Of a stretch of DNA of 64,000 nt, positions 13,206 to 27,303 are shown in pieces (position 1 is the first letter of the stretch; each line of letters begins with the position of its first letter). The notes under the pieces were generated by a model. It was given only the letters and a program-made list of their open reading frames with translations, had not been told where the DNA came from and ran no database searches. The position numbers and the translations under genes are program-made. This DNA is from Chara braunii. Lineage: Eukaryota > Plantae > Charophyceae. The stretch is from contig BFEA01000026.1 in NCBI GenBank assembly GCA_003427395.1, positions 5,113,860-5,177,859 of the forward strand, in the 5' to 3' direction.

Positions 13206-15712
13206 CCTATAAAACCCGATCAGACACATGCAAGACTACCTTCCTCCCCACCTTCCCCCTGATACAACCCCTTGTTATAATCTGTTTTCAGACAAACAAA
13301 CAAAACTGAAACTGCCATTATACATACATTTTTTTACTTAGTCTGATTTACATCATGAAGGTCAAACTGAAAGTTAAAGTAGGGGTGCACTCAATACACT
13401 CAGTCAAATACATAGCAAGATGTATAGGTAGGGGTTATAACTGGGTTTATAAGGGGAAGCAATGATTACCTCTGAGTTCCCTGCCTCCATAACTCCTCCT
13501 GAGTTCCGGCAGAGCTCCCACAATTGGTGGGCTGACTCCCCACAAAGCCTTGATGCGGACCTGCGGGTTGCAATCCCGCCTGCCGCCTTCCTCTCAGAAC
13601 CAATAGACTAGACTTAGAGTGAGAAGGGAAGAAAGAGAAACTTTGAGTCGCTTAGATACAAAAAGGTTGTTCTCAAACACGCGCGAGAGGGCCTTGAAAT
13701 CTTGATACGCCTAAGGGCCCCGCAATGATGGCCAAACAGCAACAGCTTGGTCAAAAATGAAGCCAAACCGTCAAAGTCAACCTTCTGACAACCTCCCAAA
13801 TCACAACACTAACTCATTGATACCCTTCCACAATCACACCAGCGACGGCCCCGCAATACCCAGCCACTCCTCGGAGCTTTGCGGCTCGAAATGCGCTGGC
13901 CCTCGGCTAAAGACACGGCCTATGGATAAAAAACCAGGTCTTATCCCCTTCTTGCAGTGAGGTAGCCGCGTGGTCCGGCTGGCTGTGCCACGACCAAATG
14001 TACAAAAAAAAACAACTATGTAATCTTCAACATGCCCCGCCGCTCGCCTGTAACTACTTTACCCTGCAGTATAGCCTACGCACAGGCTAATGAGTAAGCC
14101 TACACCTTTGCATCTGACCCGTTACTGCCTAAGTTGGTAGGAGGAGAAGTCTCCGGCCCAACAAGCAGATCTGCAGTTCCTTCAGTTGATCCGTTGCTGC
14201 CTTACTTGACGAACTGGCCTTACACCTGCCGGTTGGCGAGCACTTAGCTCCGCAGTTGTTTCTCTTGTTGATCCTATCGGCAGGATGGGCAAACCCGAAT
14301 AAGCCTCCTACCGGAGCATGGCACGACAAGTTGCTTACCAGTCACTCGTGCAGATCAATGAGCTCATGCTATCCCCTTCCCCAGCGCACACGAAATCGGG
14401 TGAATCTACTACAACCAGCCTTCCTGCCACCCGTTGAGCACCCGACTATGCGGTTGTGTTTGCATACGGCTTCCGCAGATAGGATGAGCAACGCAACGAT
14501 CAACAAGTAAGTCCCTAACTTCACTGCTGCCTCACACTAGTTTCATCGATCAGACGAACAAAGTTTTGAACGACTCTTCCATTAGAACATGGTCAGATAG
14601 GTGCATATCTGTAGAAAATTCATTGAATAAGTCATGCTCCACTTTACATATTCCCCCTCGTTGTTTTCCACCTTCTCTTTCTCTACACGCGTGCCTACTG
14701 CAGAAGGCAGTGCCTCATCCGAACATGGGCAAAAATGAGAATGAATCTTCCGCTAAAAAGCAGAAAGATACATTGAAGTGTCGAAAGTCTCATTTCCTCG
14801 GGCGCGGTCTTTCAAAACTCATACCGCCGAATCCACGTACAAGCTTTCGAATCCGACTCTACCATCGGATTCGCCCACCCTTCAATCCTTTAGCATAGCA
14901 GTTCCCCACAGTCGATTCGGTTGAATATCGATCTAGCATACCAAGCCCCCCCACTTCTTCCATTTCTGCACATTCTCATACCTTCGCGCACTTTTTTCAG
15001 CACCTATCTCTAATCCTACTAACTTCCCCTCAAACTAACCACAGATTCGTATTCGTCCGGGTTTAAAGTTCCTACCTACCATTTTTCCTTCAACACCGCT
15101 CAGAAATGAGCGCGATATGCCTGTTTCCTTCTTCTTCTTCTCGCCCTCCTTCATGACTCCTCGTGGATCCATTCTTCAACTAACTTCTCTCTAATCCGAC
15201 ATCATATCTGGGGTCGCCCACCCCAAAAACTCCTTATTTGAGTCTTCGTTCGTTCGTTTTCGTCAAGAAAGCATTTCCTCCTCCCGTTCTTCTTTTTACT
15301 AACTCTCATCTTACTTACCTATTGCTAAAACTGACTTCATGATCTAACTCGCAGATACCGGAAACCTCTATCCACTACCTTTTCGCGCCCACTCTCGCTA
15401 CAGAATGGACAATCTTCCACTTCCCCATTCCTACCTCATCTCCCTCCTTGCCATCTCCGCACAGCTCGTTTCATACTAACCTCTATTTTACTAACTTATA
15501 TCCTCAATCTAACCCTGGATTCTAAATCGCCTGGGCCTAGAACCCCTATGTAGCATCTTTTCCCGCTCGTTTTCATCAAGGAACGAGCGAGGCACATGCT
15601 TTTGACGTCTGTCATAGCTTCTCTCGCTCACCACCTCTTTGAATGCACCTCGACGATCCCCCCGTCCAAATTCATCATTTTCTTTCCTACCTGTTTTTGC
15701 TTGGTGTAAGTG

Positions 15713-15987
15713 CTGTCTCTTATACACATCTAGATGTGTATAAGAGACAGCAATACACTCAGTCAAATACATAGCAAGATGTATAGGTAGGGGTTATAAC
15801 CTGTCTCTTATACACATCTAGATGTGTATAAGAGACAGCTCTTATCTTGGCTGAACCAGACTGGAAAGATGGGCTGTATACATTCGTTATTACAAATGTA
15901 TACAGGCCATCTTTCCACCCCGATTCGACCAAAATTGGAGTGCGTTATCCACGGCTGAAAACGGTCATACCGTTAGGGAAAAAAAAG

Positions 15988-16033
<46 letters not shown>

Positions 16034-16202
16034 GCCCGCTTCTTCCGATCTTGGCTGAATCGGATTGGGAAGATGGCTTGTATGCATTCGTTATCAGGGC
16101 GCGTCGCACCTTAATAACGAATGTATACAGACCATCTTTCCACTCTGATTCGACCAAAATTGGAGTGTGTTATCCACGGCCGAAAACGGTTGTACCATCG
16201 GG

Positions 16203-16263
<61 letters not shown>

Positions 16264-16316
16264 TAAGGTTTCTTTACCTGTTATAGAAACCCACACTTGA
16301 GATTGAAGGTTCCGTA

Positions 16317-16382
<66 letters not shown>

Positions 16383-16383
16383 N
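15713..16383. other. Chimeric assembly segment: two Nextera junction adapters (15713-15750, 15801-15838) plus misplaced sequence
   Basis: Two exact 38-bp adapters flank a 50-bp copy of 13392-13441. 15839-16383 resembles hAT-internal sequence at ~4605-4660. Copy B resumes at 16384 with a short overlap. Confidence 0.9.
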
Positions 16384-17657
16384 TTTTGCTTGGTGTAAGT
16401 GTCCGTTGTATCTCTCCTAGCGCCCGCTGCCTCTGCGGTAGTGCCCGACCCCACGACTTACGTAGTGAAATCTGGCCCCCAACCAGTCGGGCCTTAGCGA
16501 AGGTCTTGGCGGCAGGATCAAACATTCGAGCGAGACCCCGGGGCTCGAGGTGGAAAAAAGTCTCATGTGGATGGCAACATGGGCTCTATACCCACTGTCT
16601 TTGTGTCCTTGCCCAGACATAGCCCTGCCTTTCTCCGGATCCTAACAGCATACGCACACTTAAACCTCGCACAGCGGGTGATGGGCGGCGACCAACGCGC
16701 TCGTCAAAAACCCTTGCCATTTGGGTCAGGCCTGTTGGTCCCGGCATCGGCCTCAAAACCGGTCCCCAACAGAGGCAAAAAATAATAATAAAACTAAAAA
16801 TCTAAACATAGAAACAAAACACGGAAACTAAGTAGAATCGGACCGTCGCCCCACCAACCTTTGATGTCGCACATCCTGTTTTTCTTGTAGAAGTCTCACC
16901 GTTGTCGAGGCCGTCCTTCGTACGTACGCACAAGTCACAAATAAACGCACCAATTAGGAGACAAAACCCATTTAATCCTAACTTAATCAAAAATAAAATT
17001 CTGGTCGGCAATCACGCCGGTTTTCACGATCATCAAAAGGAAAAAGAGATCACGCGCGCCTTCAGCCTGCGCGTCCACTCACTCTCTGCTCTAGTCAACC
17101 ATCCAGTCAACGTAAATGACAGACACGACTGCGACTCGCACAGTATACTATAACTTTAAACCAAACTTATTTCTGTCACTTGCAAAAACCAGGGCGGATA
17201 CCCTTGTAAGGGTATTCGCGCCGACACCACAACATGAATCAACCATCAACATTAAACAAACCACGCAACTCATATATACCCACTTACTTCAAATATAAAA
17301 TCAACCTAAAAAAAAAAAAAAAAAACCAACAACGATGAGGAGAGATAGAAAGGAGGGAGAGGGAGAGGAGAGAAATTATGAGGAATTATCAGAAAGCGAA
17401 AGCAGAGGGAAGAAGAGGGAGAGTTAAGGCAATAAAAGATTACGGAGTAATAAGAGGTATCATACACCCAATTCAATTTACATCCAATTCAATTTATGGT
17501 AAAAAAAAAAAAAAAAAAAAAAAAAAAGGGATGACTAAATAAGGGAGAATCGCCTACCGCACGCACCCTATCAATTATCCACCACCCAACCAAGCACAGA
17601 GCACGGTACTTAGACTTTTTCTCCTATTTTTTCAAAACTCTTAACTTCACTTCTTCC

Positions 17658-18413
17658 TTAAACCACCAGTACCTCCGAGCCTGTTTTTGCCGACCCTGAT
17701 TTTCACTGCGCTCCGAGTTTTGCCGAGCCTGGGTCCCACTTCATTTCTTTATGGTACTCTCACGGGAAGAACAAAAACAAAAAAAATTGCGGCCATGAAA
17801 ACGCACAAAAAAAAAAATGAAACAAAGCTCTGGGCGTGATTGCAGTTGTATACATTATCGGAAGTGTAAGTGTGAGTGTGCCCTCAGTGAGGGCATCTCA
17901 GCCCCGTGGCCAGGTTGTCAGATTTCAAAAACTCAAAAAAAAAAAAAAAGACAGAAACATGGATTCGACCGTGAAAATGGCAAGATACATTCCCGTAAGT
18001 GCCAGTGTGATCAGGGTTACAATCCTCTGAGGGAACACAGCTCGAGTAGATCACGGATTCAGATTGTCAGATTCCAGAAAATGAAAACAAGAAACAAAAA
18101 AACGAAAACATGGATTCGGCATTGAAAACGGCTGGGTACATCAGTGTTACAATCATATGAGGAAACAATACTACAGCAGATCACGGATTCCGCCCTGCCT
18201 CGTTGGCAGGGTACTTATAACAAACAAATACAAAAGAAAAAAGAAAAAAAACAAGTTTGAGAACGTGACCGTCTTTGCTGTAAGATGCATGCAAGACTGT
18301 GAGCACGGTCTCCTAGACATCCCTGCCCGACATCATTGCAGTAAAAAGGCCCGTTTTTTTTCCTTTCCCTGTCGTGCATGGGCAAAAAAAAAAAAACGAC
18401 TTTTGGGACATTG
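17658..18413. mobile_element. Fragment of TTAA-bounded DNA element family (terminus TTAA-ACCACCAGTAC)
   Basis: 17658-17735 closely matches 56447-56525; the same terminal motif occurs at 40586-40893. Right boundary uncertain. Confidence 0.5.
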
Positions 18414-19004
18414 NNNNNNNNNNNNNNNAAAAAAAAAAAAAAGGGGGAGGAAGGAGGAAGGAGGAATGCATGCACGACGAACCAATGTCGCCAAAAGATA
18501 AGAAAGCAAGAATTGGTAGTCAGCAGAAAGGGTAGTGAGCACCTCTAATTTTACTAAGTAAATTACCCAACCATACTCAATTTCTTACTTACAATTTGCT
18601 CGGGCTATCGTTTTTGCAGGATATGGATCATTTCTTTCGGACCTTTCTGCATTTTACAATTTCTCTTCCTCTAAACATACTTTCCGCAACTCCCCTAAAC
18701 CCGTCCCTTACACTATATGTATCATTTTTTATCCTCTTCTTCCTTTTTGCACCCCCAATCCTTCTCTATGCCTTTTTCTTCTTTTATATCCTTAATAAAT
18801 TTGATATACTTGTTTATCTCGGCACATAAAAAAAAAAAAAAAAAAGCAAGACCAGAATTGAGAGAGGTAGAATCATGACAAACTCTATACCCAGAGGAGG
18901 GGAGGCAAGGAGAAAGGGAAAGGACAAGGAGGGATGGCATGAGAGGTGCAATAGCCGTAAATAAATTCAATAGTCTTAACAACATTGACTACAAATCATA
19001 TTAG

Positions 19005-19098
<94 letters not shown>

Positions 19099-19264
19099 AA
19101 AAAGGTTAAAAAAAAAAAAAAAAAAAAAACGAAAAAGAGAAGAAGGTTGAGGAAAGGGGAGCAGTAGCAAGAGCAAAACAATGCAACTTTAGAAGAATCA
19201 ATCTCCTCTTAATCAACTATGCATATGCAATTTCGTATTTTAACGCAATGAGATTTTCGCTATA

Positions 19265-20450
19265 ATGTTTGTGCAGATGAATCCGTGGCTCAACACCTTC
19301 CTCGCTGCATCCGGCCCTCAATCTGTAATCGGAGCAGAAATTTATGTCGTTCTTCCCATCCTACCCCAAATTTTTACACCAACAAGGATCTTTGAGTGCC
19401 TCAACCCTCTCTCCTACAACCTCAATGAGTTGCTTTTCAATATCCAAACGAATACTGCAAATGAAATTCACAGAGTTCATGTGCATGCTATAAAGCTTAG
19501 AAATCCCTTATCCCCACCCCCCTCCCAACCCCCACCTCCTAATACACCTCCCTCCCCAACTCTCACTAGCAACCCCGCCCAAAACCTCCCACCTCTGGAC
19601 ATCCCTTCTTCCTCCTCCTCTCAGATCAACCAAGCCACTGTTGATGCCTTCGAGCAACTCAAGCAGCAGAAGCAAGCTGGAAGAAAACTGGATCTTCATA
19701 AAGCACCTCAAGAAGCAACTAATTGAGAAGCAGGAAGAGAGTTCCAACTTGAACCAACTGTATCAGAACCTCCAGTCAGAGATGAACGGTATTCAACAGA
19801 AGCTCAACGACAAATCTCAGCCGGCATATGAGGACCTAGCAGCTTGGAAATCAACCTTTACTTCCCCATGTTGCTTTGCATAGAATGAAGCCTACATTCG
19901 CTTCTTTGAGATCAATATAAACTACTCCTACTTTCCAATCGGGAAAGCTTTCGCCGCCGATTTCACTGCAAGGGTGGCATCAGTAGCTAAGGATTGTACG
20001 GAGCCCCTTTTAACCAAGCCAGTCATGTAGATACTCGACAAAGCAATGAGGCGAGTCATGGAAAAGGGCGTACCCATCATCAAGTACGAATATAATTACT
20101 GCATGAGCTTCGTCAGACGCGACGCTCACAGGTAAGTAGAGGACTGTCACCCAACTAAATTTATACTTATCTCCCCGGACCGCAAATATGTCAACGTCGT
20201 TCGCATTATGAGACTAATTTTTTTATCCTGTGTAATCCTGCAGATTGGACATTCCAGAGTGGGAACATTCCTCGTATCGCAAGAAGGAGGACCATACCAG
20301 AACTGAAGATAGCAGGAAGTCGGCATCCAAGAGGCATTATGAAGAGGACAAAGACAGAGGATATGACTACCACAGAGCATCCAAAAAACTTCACTCAAAG
20401 TTCAACCAATCCCGCCCCTCCATCTCCGATACACCCAGATCCCCCCAATA
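19265..20450 (+). pseudogene. Putative gag-like ORF of the DIRS element (frameshifted)
   Basis: Overlapping ORF fragments with Pro-rich and coiled-coil-like segments, positioned upstream of pol; no diagnostic motif. Confidence 0.4.
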
Positions 20451-20559
20451 GCACTCCGCCCTTAACCACCCTTTCCATACCATCCATTCTGTCCAATCTT
20501 CAGTCACCCCCCTCGACTTCTGATAATCGTCTCGCCACCTTCGCCCTGCAAGAGCACTC

Positions 20560-22500
20560 ATCATGGCTTAGGAACCCTGATAACTTCCTTGCCGCCTCTC
20601 CTGCAAAGCATGTCTCTAACTGGTCTCTACTACTCTCTTCATCTTCCAGAAGATATTCCCACTCCGTGCTTTAATGGATCCATCACGGGGTCAAACTCCA
20701 ATTCAAGGGCATTTTGCACATTCCCATTTTCAAAATTATAGAGGTTAGAAGAATGGTCAAGCCGGTTCTTCCCGCCTCCCACTTTAAGCAAATCCTCAAG
20801 CTGGACTCCCCCCCACCTCTCCTCATCCCCAATCATAACAACCCCCCTCACCACATCAATTTCATCCCCAATCTCAACTTCTCTCCGCCGGAGTCATAGA
20901 ACCTTCACCTAATGCCGTTGTTGTCAATCCCATCTTTGCAACAGAAAGCTCTTCCAAAACCCACTTCATCCTCGACGTTCGTTTCGTCAACCTCTTCGTA
21001 ACCTTCCCTGCTTTCCATTATGAGTCCATCGATGATGTCATCGCTCACCTTTCCGGCTCCCCGACTCAGGATTTTCTAACATGTTTTGATATAAAGAATG
21101 AATATTATCATATCCCAGTTCACCCTAAATCACAACCTTATCTAGCCTTTGACTGGAATGGTCAAAGCTTTCAATTCGCAACTCTCTGTTTCGGACTATC
21201 CTCCGCCTGTTGGATCTTCACTACCATTATGCAGGAAATCATAGTTGAATTGCGTATCTGTAACATTTTCACAACTTCCTACATTGACGATTCTGCACTC
21301 CCAAGCAAGGAACTACCACTGCTTATATGACACTCCTTCAACTACGTTGCTTTGCTCCATAACCTTGGTTTCTTTCTCAGCACGCAGAAATGCTCATTCC
21401 TTTCATCCCAATCCATTCGTTTCTTAGGTTTTATCCTCGATTCTCATCACAAACGCGTTAGGATCCCTAAGGATCAAATCCTTAAGATAACTACCCTCAT
21501 TCAAACCTCATCGAACCCATCCAGCAGGACCATTGCAAAGCCGGCAGGAAAGCTCGCCTCCCTCTCCAAATTTTTCCTACCTACCCACCTCTACCTTTCT
21601 TCTTTATATGATGCAATCTCACCTGCCAACTGGGATTCTCCCATCCACATTTCCATCAACCTCATCCATGCCCTTATGTGGTGGATCTTTCACCTACACC
21701 ATCTTCCTGGGAGACTTTGGACTCTACAACCTACCTCTTCATCAATCTTCACCGATGCTTCGGCTACCCAGATTGCAACAAATCATTTACACTCCTAATA
21801 GTCTAACTATAACACTTAACCAGTGTTTGCCCGAAAGCTTACTCACCTCCTTCTCAACCGATAGAGAACTCTTCGCTATTCTAGAAACATGCAGACCTCT
21901 CGCCTCAATCCACCCTAATCTCCTTTACTCAACCTCTATCAGACTCCATTCCGACAATCAAGCAGCCACAACCCTACTCCTTCGCATGAGATCTACCGAT
22001 TAATTTGTCAACCATTGGCTGCGAAGTATCGTCTCCATCTTGCTCACTGTCGATACCCTCCTCAGTCCACTTTGGATACCAACAAATCTAAACGCATCAG
22101 CCGATTCAATCTCTAAGACGAAAGACAACACCGATTGGGGTCTGGCAGACCACCTCAAGGTGCAAATCTTTTCAGAATTAGGCACTCCAGCAATAAACCT
22201 CTTCGCATCAGACTATCACCATGTCTATCCAACTTTCGTCTCAAGACATTGGTCAACCAAGGTGTTGCAAAGAGATGCACTCTCGCTAGACTGGAACCTC
22301 CTACCTTCTCTTCCCTACCGATGACTCTTCCCTCCCACAACACTTCTGCATCAGACCCTCTCTAAGGCAACCGCAAGTCTGGCGACTTACCTCCTTATCC
22401 TACCTTTTTCACAACGCACCTCCAGGTATCCCCGCATCCTCGCTCTCAACATCACCAACCGCTTCACCATCCCTGAGTCCAAATTTTCCTGCCTCCTCAG
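20560..22500 (+). pseudogene. DIRS-type pol: reverse transcriptase, RNase H and methyltransferase-like domain
   Basis: Manual translation from 20881: FILDVRFVN, CFDIKNEYYHIPVHP, LCFGLSSACWIFT, YIDD (21280-21291), IRFLGFILDS. RNase H: FTDAS, RELFAI, SDNQAA, WIPTNLNASADSIS. MT-like: INLFAS...DALSLDW. Confidence 0.9.
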
Positions 22501-22559
22501 TCCCAGGGTGCACCTCGGCCCCCCCAACCTCGCAATCCTCTTTTTGACCTAAGCTCCCC

Positions 22560-23526
22560 TCGATCCTCCTCTTCCATCCCCTCCGAATCCCGTAACCATA
22601 CCTCATAAATGTCCCAACACTACTCCAGGTCCCCTGTCGCATCATCTCACCTAGACTCCACCCCTCCTCTATTCCCGCTTGAACCCCATCTATGCGAAAG
22701 TTGTGGCCACTTTCCCCTTCATAACCCCCCCCTCCTCAAACCATTTTTCTATATGTTTGTTAAAGGCGCCTCCACTCACTGCTCCATCACCTCGCATTGA
22801 TCGAAATATGAACCCCTTCCTTATATCTTGACCCAACCGATCATAACTACTCAACAATTCAGGAAGCCAACCCAAAAACGTCTCCTCCCCGCCCTGAGCT
22901 TCTCGTAACCTTATCATAAATCTACCACCATGACGATCATCTTTCGTATGCCCGGGCCGCACAACCTTCTGCTCAAAATCAATCTCCTTCTATTGCAATC
23001 GCAATCCCTCCCCGCAACATTGGCAACTCTCCCACAAATACAGAAATGCACCACCATCTCGATATGCCTGAGCCTCCGGATAACCTTTCAACACCTTCAC
23101 ATTTTCCTTAATATATTCCAACACCCTCCTTAACTTCAACCATCTCAAGGGTCGCACGGACTCCTCGATCACACCCCTCTGCAATGAATATTCCCGATAT
23201 GCTTTGAGGAGCGCTCGTACTCTATTGCTTTGGCATAAATCTCCTTTACCATCTCTCCCAAGCAGTCGAAAGCAAGCACTCAAGCAATTCAGAACCTCAT
23301 CAACAGTCGATGGAGACACAAGTGGCAAGCCTTCAGCATCTGAAGTTCGGCACCGACCCTCTACCTCAATAAACCACTGGCTGCTGACGAAGCACAAGAC
23401 ATCCAAATCATTGCACCTTATGCAGTCCCTTCCAACGTTGTTGCGCTCCAACCATTCATTCAAGGCAAAAAGAAGTTTTTTCATTCCACCTCTCGATCGC
23501 CGTCCAGCCCCATATTCTCCTACCAA
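22560..23526 (-). pseudogene. Tyrosine recombinase of the DIRS element (antisense to pol)
   Basis: RDGGAFLYLWESCQCCGEG (decayed R-x-G-E box I), KGFIFRS, and frameshifted GESGHNFRIDG (H-S-x-R box II-like) at ~22720-22685. Confidence 0.75.
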
Positions 23527-23685
23527 GGCACTGCTCCACTCAAGACCAACCTCATATCCACCTTCAAACTCAGGAGTATTGCGCTTTTGCCTTCAGCCGC
23601 CATCGCTCAGTCGCTCGTTCCACCATTCCGTGCAAGAGGATGGCGTCACTTGCGGGACGATGGAGGGAGATGGGCGGTTTAGGAG

Positions 23686-23788
23686 GTGTGCGGGCCTGCG
23701 ACCCACCTTTCTGACTCACTTCTGTGCGATTTGGCATCATCTACAGATCATCATTTTCCTATTTTATTTGGAACAGACTTGTGTAGCA
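23686..23788 (+). repeat. ~100-bp direct repeat, partner at ~32111-32212
   Basis: GTGTGCGGG...TTTATTTGGAACAGAC present at both sites. Confidence 0.8.
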
Positions 23789-25877
23789 TTATGCCAGCAA
23801 CTGTGATTCCGGTTGAACAAAACTTCAACGAACCAAATGCAGCAAGCAACGATCTTCGGACTACTTCAACAGGGTCAACGGTTGGGACCAACAAGAGCAA
23901 CGGTTGGGACTGGGTACTAGGGGTCACCATTCTCAACTTTATTCGCAAGTCATTGATCTACAGAATTTAAGGCCTCCAGTCACCACGGGGGTTCCAAGCA
24001 GGACAAGCAAGCAACACGATAGATGTGACATTTTACCCGGGCTGGAGTACGGTCTCGCTGGCCCTTCCGGCCCCACTTCTTTGACCTGCGACAGTATAAG
24101 TCACAGGCGTCTGCCCAGCCACGATAGTTTGTGTGCCTTCACGTGCTGCGCCTCCCAGGCCCCGGTTGCTCGCAACATTCATCGCGAATGCAAACCTGCG
24201 CGCATACCACACAGGGGTCAGGTCCCTCAGAGGTCGAGTCCTTTTCTCTCACCTTGATTTTGGTGAAGCGGTCCCCCCCGCCCTGGATTCACCCGTGGCG
24301 TCGAGCGCATCGGTCCGACACTACTCAGAGGCAGCGCGGGACCGTTCCGGCCGCCTCACGCAGGAGTTGGTCTAATCCTCGTCGTGAATATATACATGGA
24401 GTTTCCGCAAGCCGCTCCGGCCGAGTGCGCCAGCCATACCTCTCGCGAGCCCCTTCGACAGGATAGGGCCAACGCGAGGCACGACTTACCTTCACCTTAC
24501 GGGAGCTGTCACCTCCCTTCGTTGGGCATATCCCCGCCGAGCTACCAGTCCACAGTACGAAAGCTGATCAGCTGCAACCACAGAGGTGGACCAGCCGAGG
24601 GCGTTTCTCGTTCGTTGTAGCATAGGGGGTACGCGTGGTAGTACGCCTCTATCGAACCCGCACGCGAACCGACATCTTGGGGGGCTGAGGTCCCAAGCGC
24701 GACTCGTCGCTGGTCGACTAGGACGCATCCCACACGCCACGCGCACACCACTCTAGAGAACATTAAAAATAGAACACATACCCAACATACACACGGAATG
24801 ACACAACATAATCAACGCGATAACGCTCCTAGCCCCTCGGTAGCCTTCCCATAACTCTCTGATGCAAAAATCGGTTCGGCGTCAAGCGCGAGACTTAGTA
24901 TAAACCCGCGCTGACGCAGGGCCTTCTCATATCGATTTGCAATGTCAACGTACGCAAGCAATCACGAAGATGGTGTACTGTGTAGTACCCATAACCATGG
25001 AGCCCTGGGTAATAACCGAGGGTCACCTTCGACACTCAAGTGTCGGCTGACACGCGCCCCGAGGGGTTAATCTCTCGGCGCTGGACAACCGCCATGCGTG
25101 GCTGAAGACCACACACCCTCTTCTGCGCCCTATGCAGAGTGGGTGGTACACAGGTCCATACATGTGGTGACGGTCGTTTCTTACTGCCCTGGAGATAAGT
25201 CTTGCTCCAGGCCTGGACGGAAGTCAAGGGGGTTGACTTTTACGGTTGCCACAGACTATAACGTCCAACCATGACAAGTCTTCAAAAACAAAGTATATGC
25301 CGGGACCTCCCGCCCCGAAATCCCGACTTAGGTACCCCCGTTTTTCTTTTGGTCGTCAACACAGCCTACACCGTTGTCAAAAACTCAGGCGTACATATAA
25401 GTCTATTGATCCCATAACTGTAGTCACTAAGACGGCGAAACGTCGTGCGCAAGATTTTGATATAAACCTGTGCGGTTGCAGACCTATCCTATACCAACCA
25501 GCGATGTTAGTCATACGCAGTGATCGAAGTCTTGGCCTCGCGATATTGTATGGATGAAGGAATATATCGTGAGGGGTTACCCCGCACGATATTGAACGGC
25601 TGAAGGACATGCCGTTCAGCCCCCGCGGTATATCTGCCCCCTGGGTTGGGTGTCTCGACGGGCAGTGCAGATAGGTTTTGCGCGAGGGAAGGCTCCTTCT
25701 CTGCAGAGCCTAGGGCTTGGGATGTCCTGGACAAGGACCTCGAATCCCGGCCCAGGACCAACGTCCGACCGAGAAGTCAAAAAAAATATACAATCGTGAG
25801 AAAGGGGTTTCCTACCTTACCCCTACTCGACCTCTAATAGGCTAGCCCCTTGGGCCATTCGAACTCCCAACATAGGT

Positions 25878-25887
<10 letters not shown>

Positions 25888-25972
<85 letters not shown>

Positions 25973-25973
25973 N

Positions 25974-26060
<87 letters not shown>
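25888..26060. repeat. (TA)n microsatellite
   Basis: Direct reading. Confidence 0.95.
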
Positions 26061-26065
<5 letters not shown>

Positions 26066-27303
26066 GGGTAAGTATGTGACGATCACTTCTCACAATCACA
26101 GTGGGGCTCCTCACAAGCATATGTATATGTGTGATCGTAGGCAGTCAAATTCAAAATCCGAGTCACAGAACATACCTGCAATCACATCTAGAGTCCAACA
26201 AAACCCATGCACTACACGGAGTCAACCCCAACCACTTTCTGTACTCATACCCCTCGCTTTAGCCATGCAAGCCCCAACCTCCAGCCAACCAACCATAATT
26301 AAATACTCAGTACCTTTGTTAAATGGCCATTCAAGAAAAGTTCAGGTGAAACCTTAACAAAACAATAAAAATCACCAGGGCTAAAACCTTTTTAGATTGA
26401 GTATGGAAGACGAGTTGGAATTGAGTCGTAAACTGACGGATCGACAACCGACCTGTTATCAGTGATAACAGAAGGTGATCCTTGTAGGATCAAGCTGAAT
26501 CTAGCTCAAGTCCTGAATCAATCGATCAAGGAGACCTGTAACACAAAACAGGTCAATCTCAAGCTAAGTCTCTAAGTTCATGGAGAACAATCTCCATATC
26601 ACGATCTTACCCAAATCATCCTATTTAACTAGGCCTTAGTCTACCTCTAAGTAGGTGGCAGAAAAAAGATAGACCCTTGACAGAATCTCCCGTACCCAGG
26701 GTGGATCGCCAAAAATCGCCACCTGTCGAAATATAATCTAACTCCTCTAAGTTATGAAAGTTCCGGCAACGCTTCCCGTAGGAAAGGTGCCATCGCAGAA
26801 TTTATACTGACCCAACAATCAAACCTTTGAATTTTTAGAAAATCAAAGTTTGTCTAACTCCCTGACTTAGCAAAAAATTGGGAAGCACTTCCTTTAGAAA
26901 GGAACACTTCCCAGATTTATACAAAGTCAATATGAACTCAAACATACTCCTTGATTTTGTAGAAATTTCGGCATCGCTTCCCGTGGAGAAAGTGGTTTAC
27001 CAAGATTTATACAAGACCAAGTATAAACAAAAGATCCAGAAAATGCAAAAATTGACCTAAGTAAAAAGGATCTCGCTTAGACAATGCAGAAATTGAAACT
27101 AACTTTTATGGCTCTAGCACGTGGCGAGCAACTAAATTAGCTACCTATCACTGAAACTCAGACTAAGTAGTATCATCACTCAGTCATAAGTAGGTCATAC
27201 CACACAGATAAGTGTTTTCACCATTCCCAAATCGATTAAGCAAACAAAAGTTTACAGTCCTTCAGTGATTTATCCCCTTATACCCAACTTACATAGGGCA
27301 TAA

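Larger units (their letters stand above)
10187..17226. mobile_element. Giant LTR-like repeat, copy B (left boundary uncertain; may extend to ~7366)
   Basis: Homologous to A (12294 onward) and to C (10187 aligns to ~24300). Ends ...GGGTATTCGCGCCGACA, i.e. TGTCGG on the minus strand, like LTR 5' ends. Confidence 0.75.
19265..23790 (+). mobile_element. Decayed DIRS/PAT-like tyrosine-recombinase retrotransposon
   Basis: Putative gag, then RT, RNase H and methyltransferase-like domains on +, with a tyrosine recombinase on -. Multiple stops and frameshifts; termini not resolved. Confidence 0.85.

Noticed and set aside
18985-19181. Poly-Lys / poly-Phe ORFs
   Set aside because: Translation of a long poly(A) tract.
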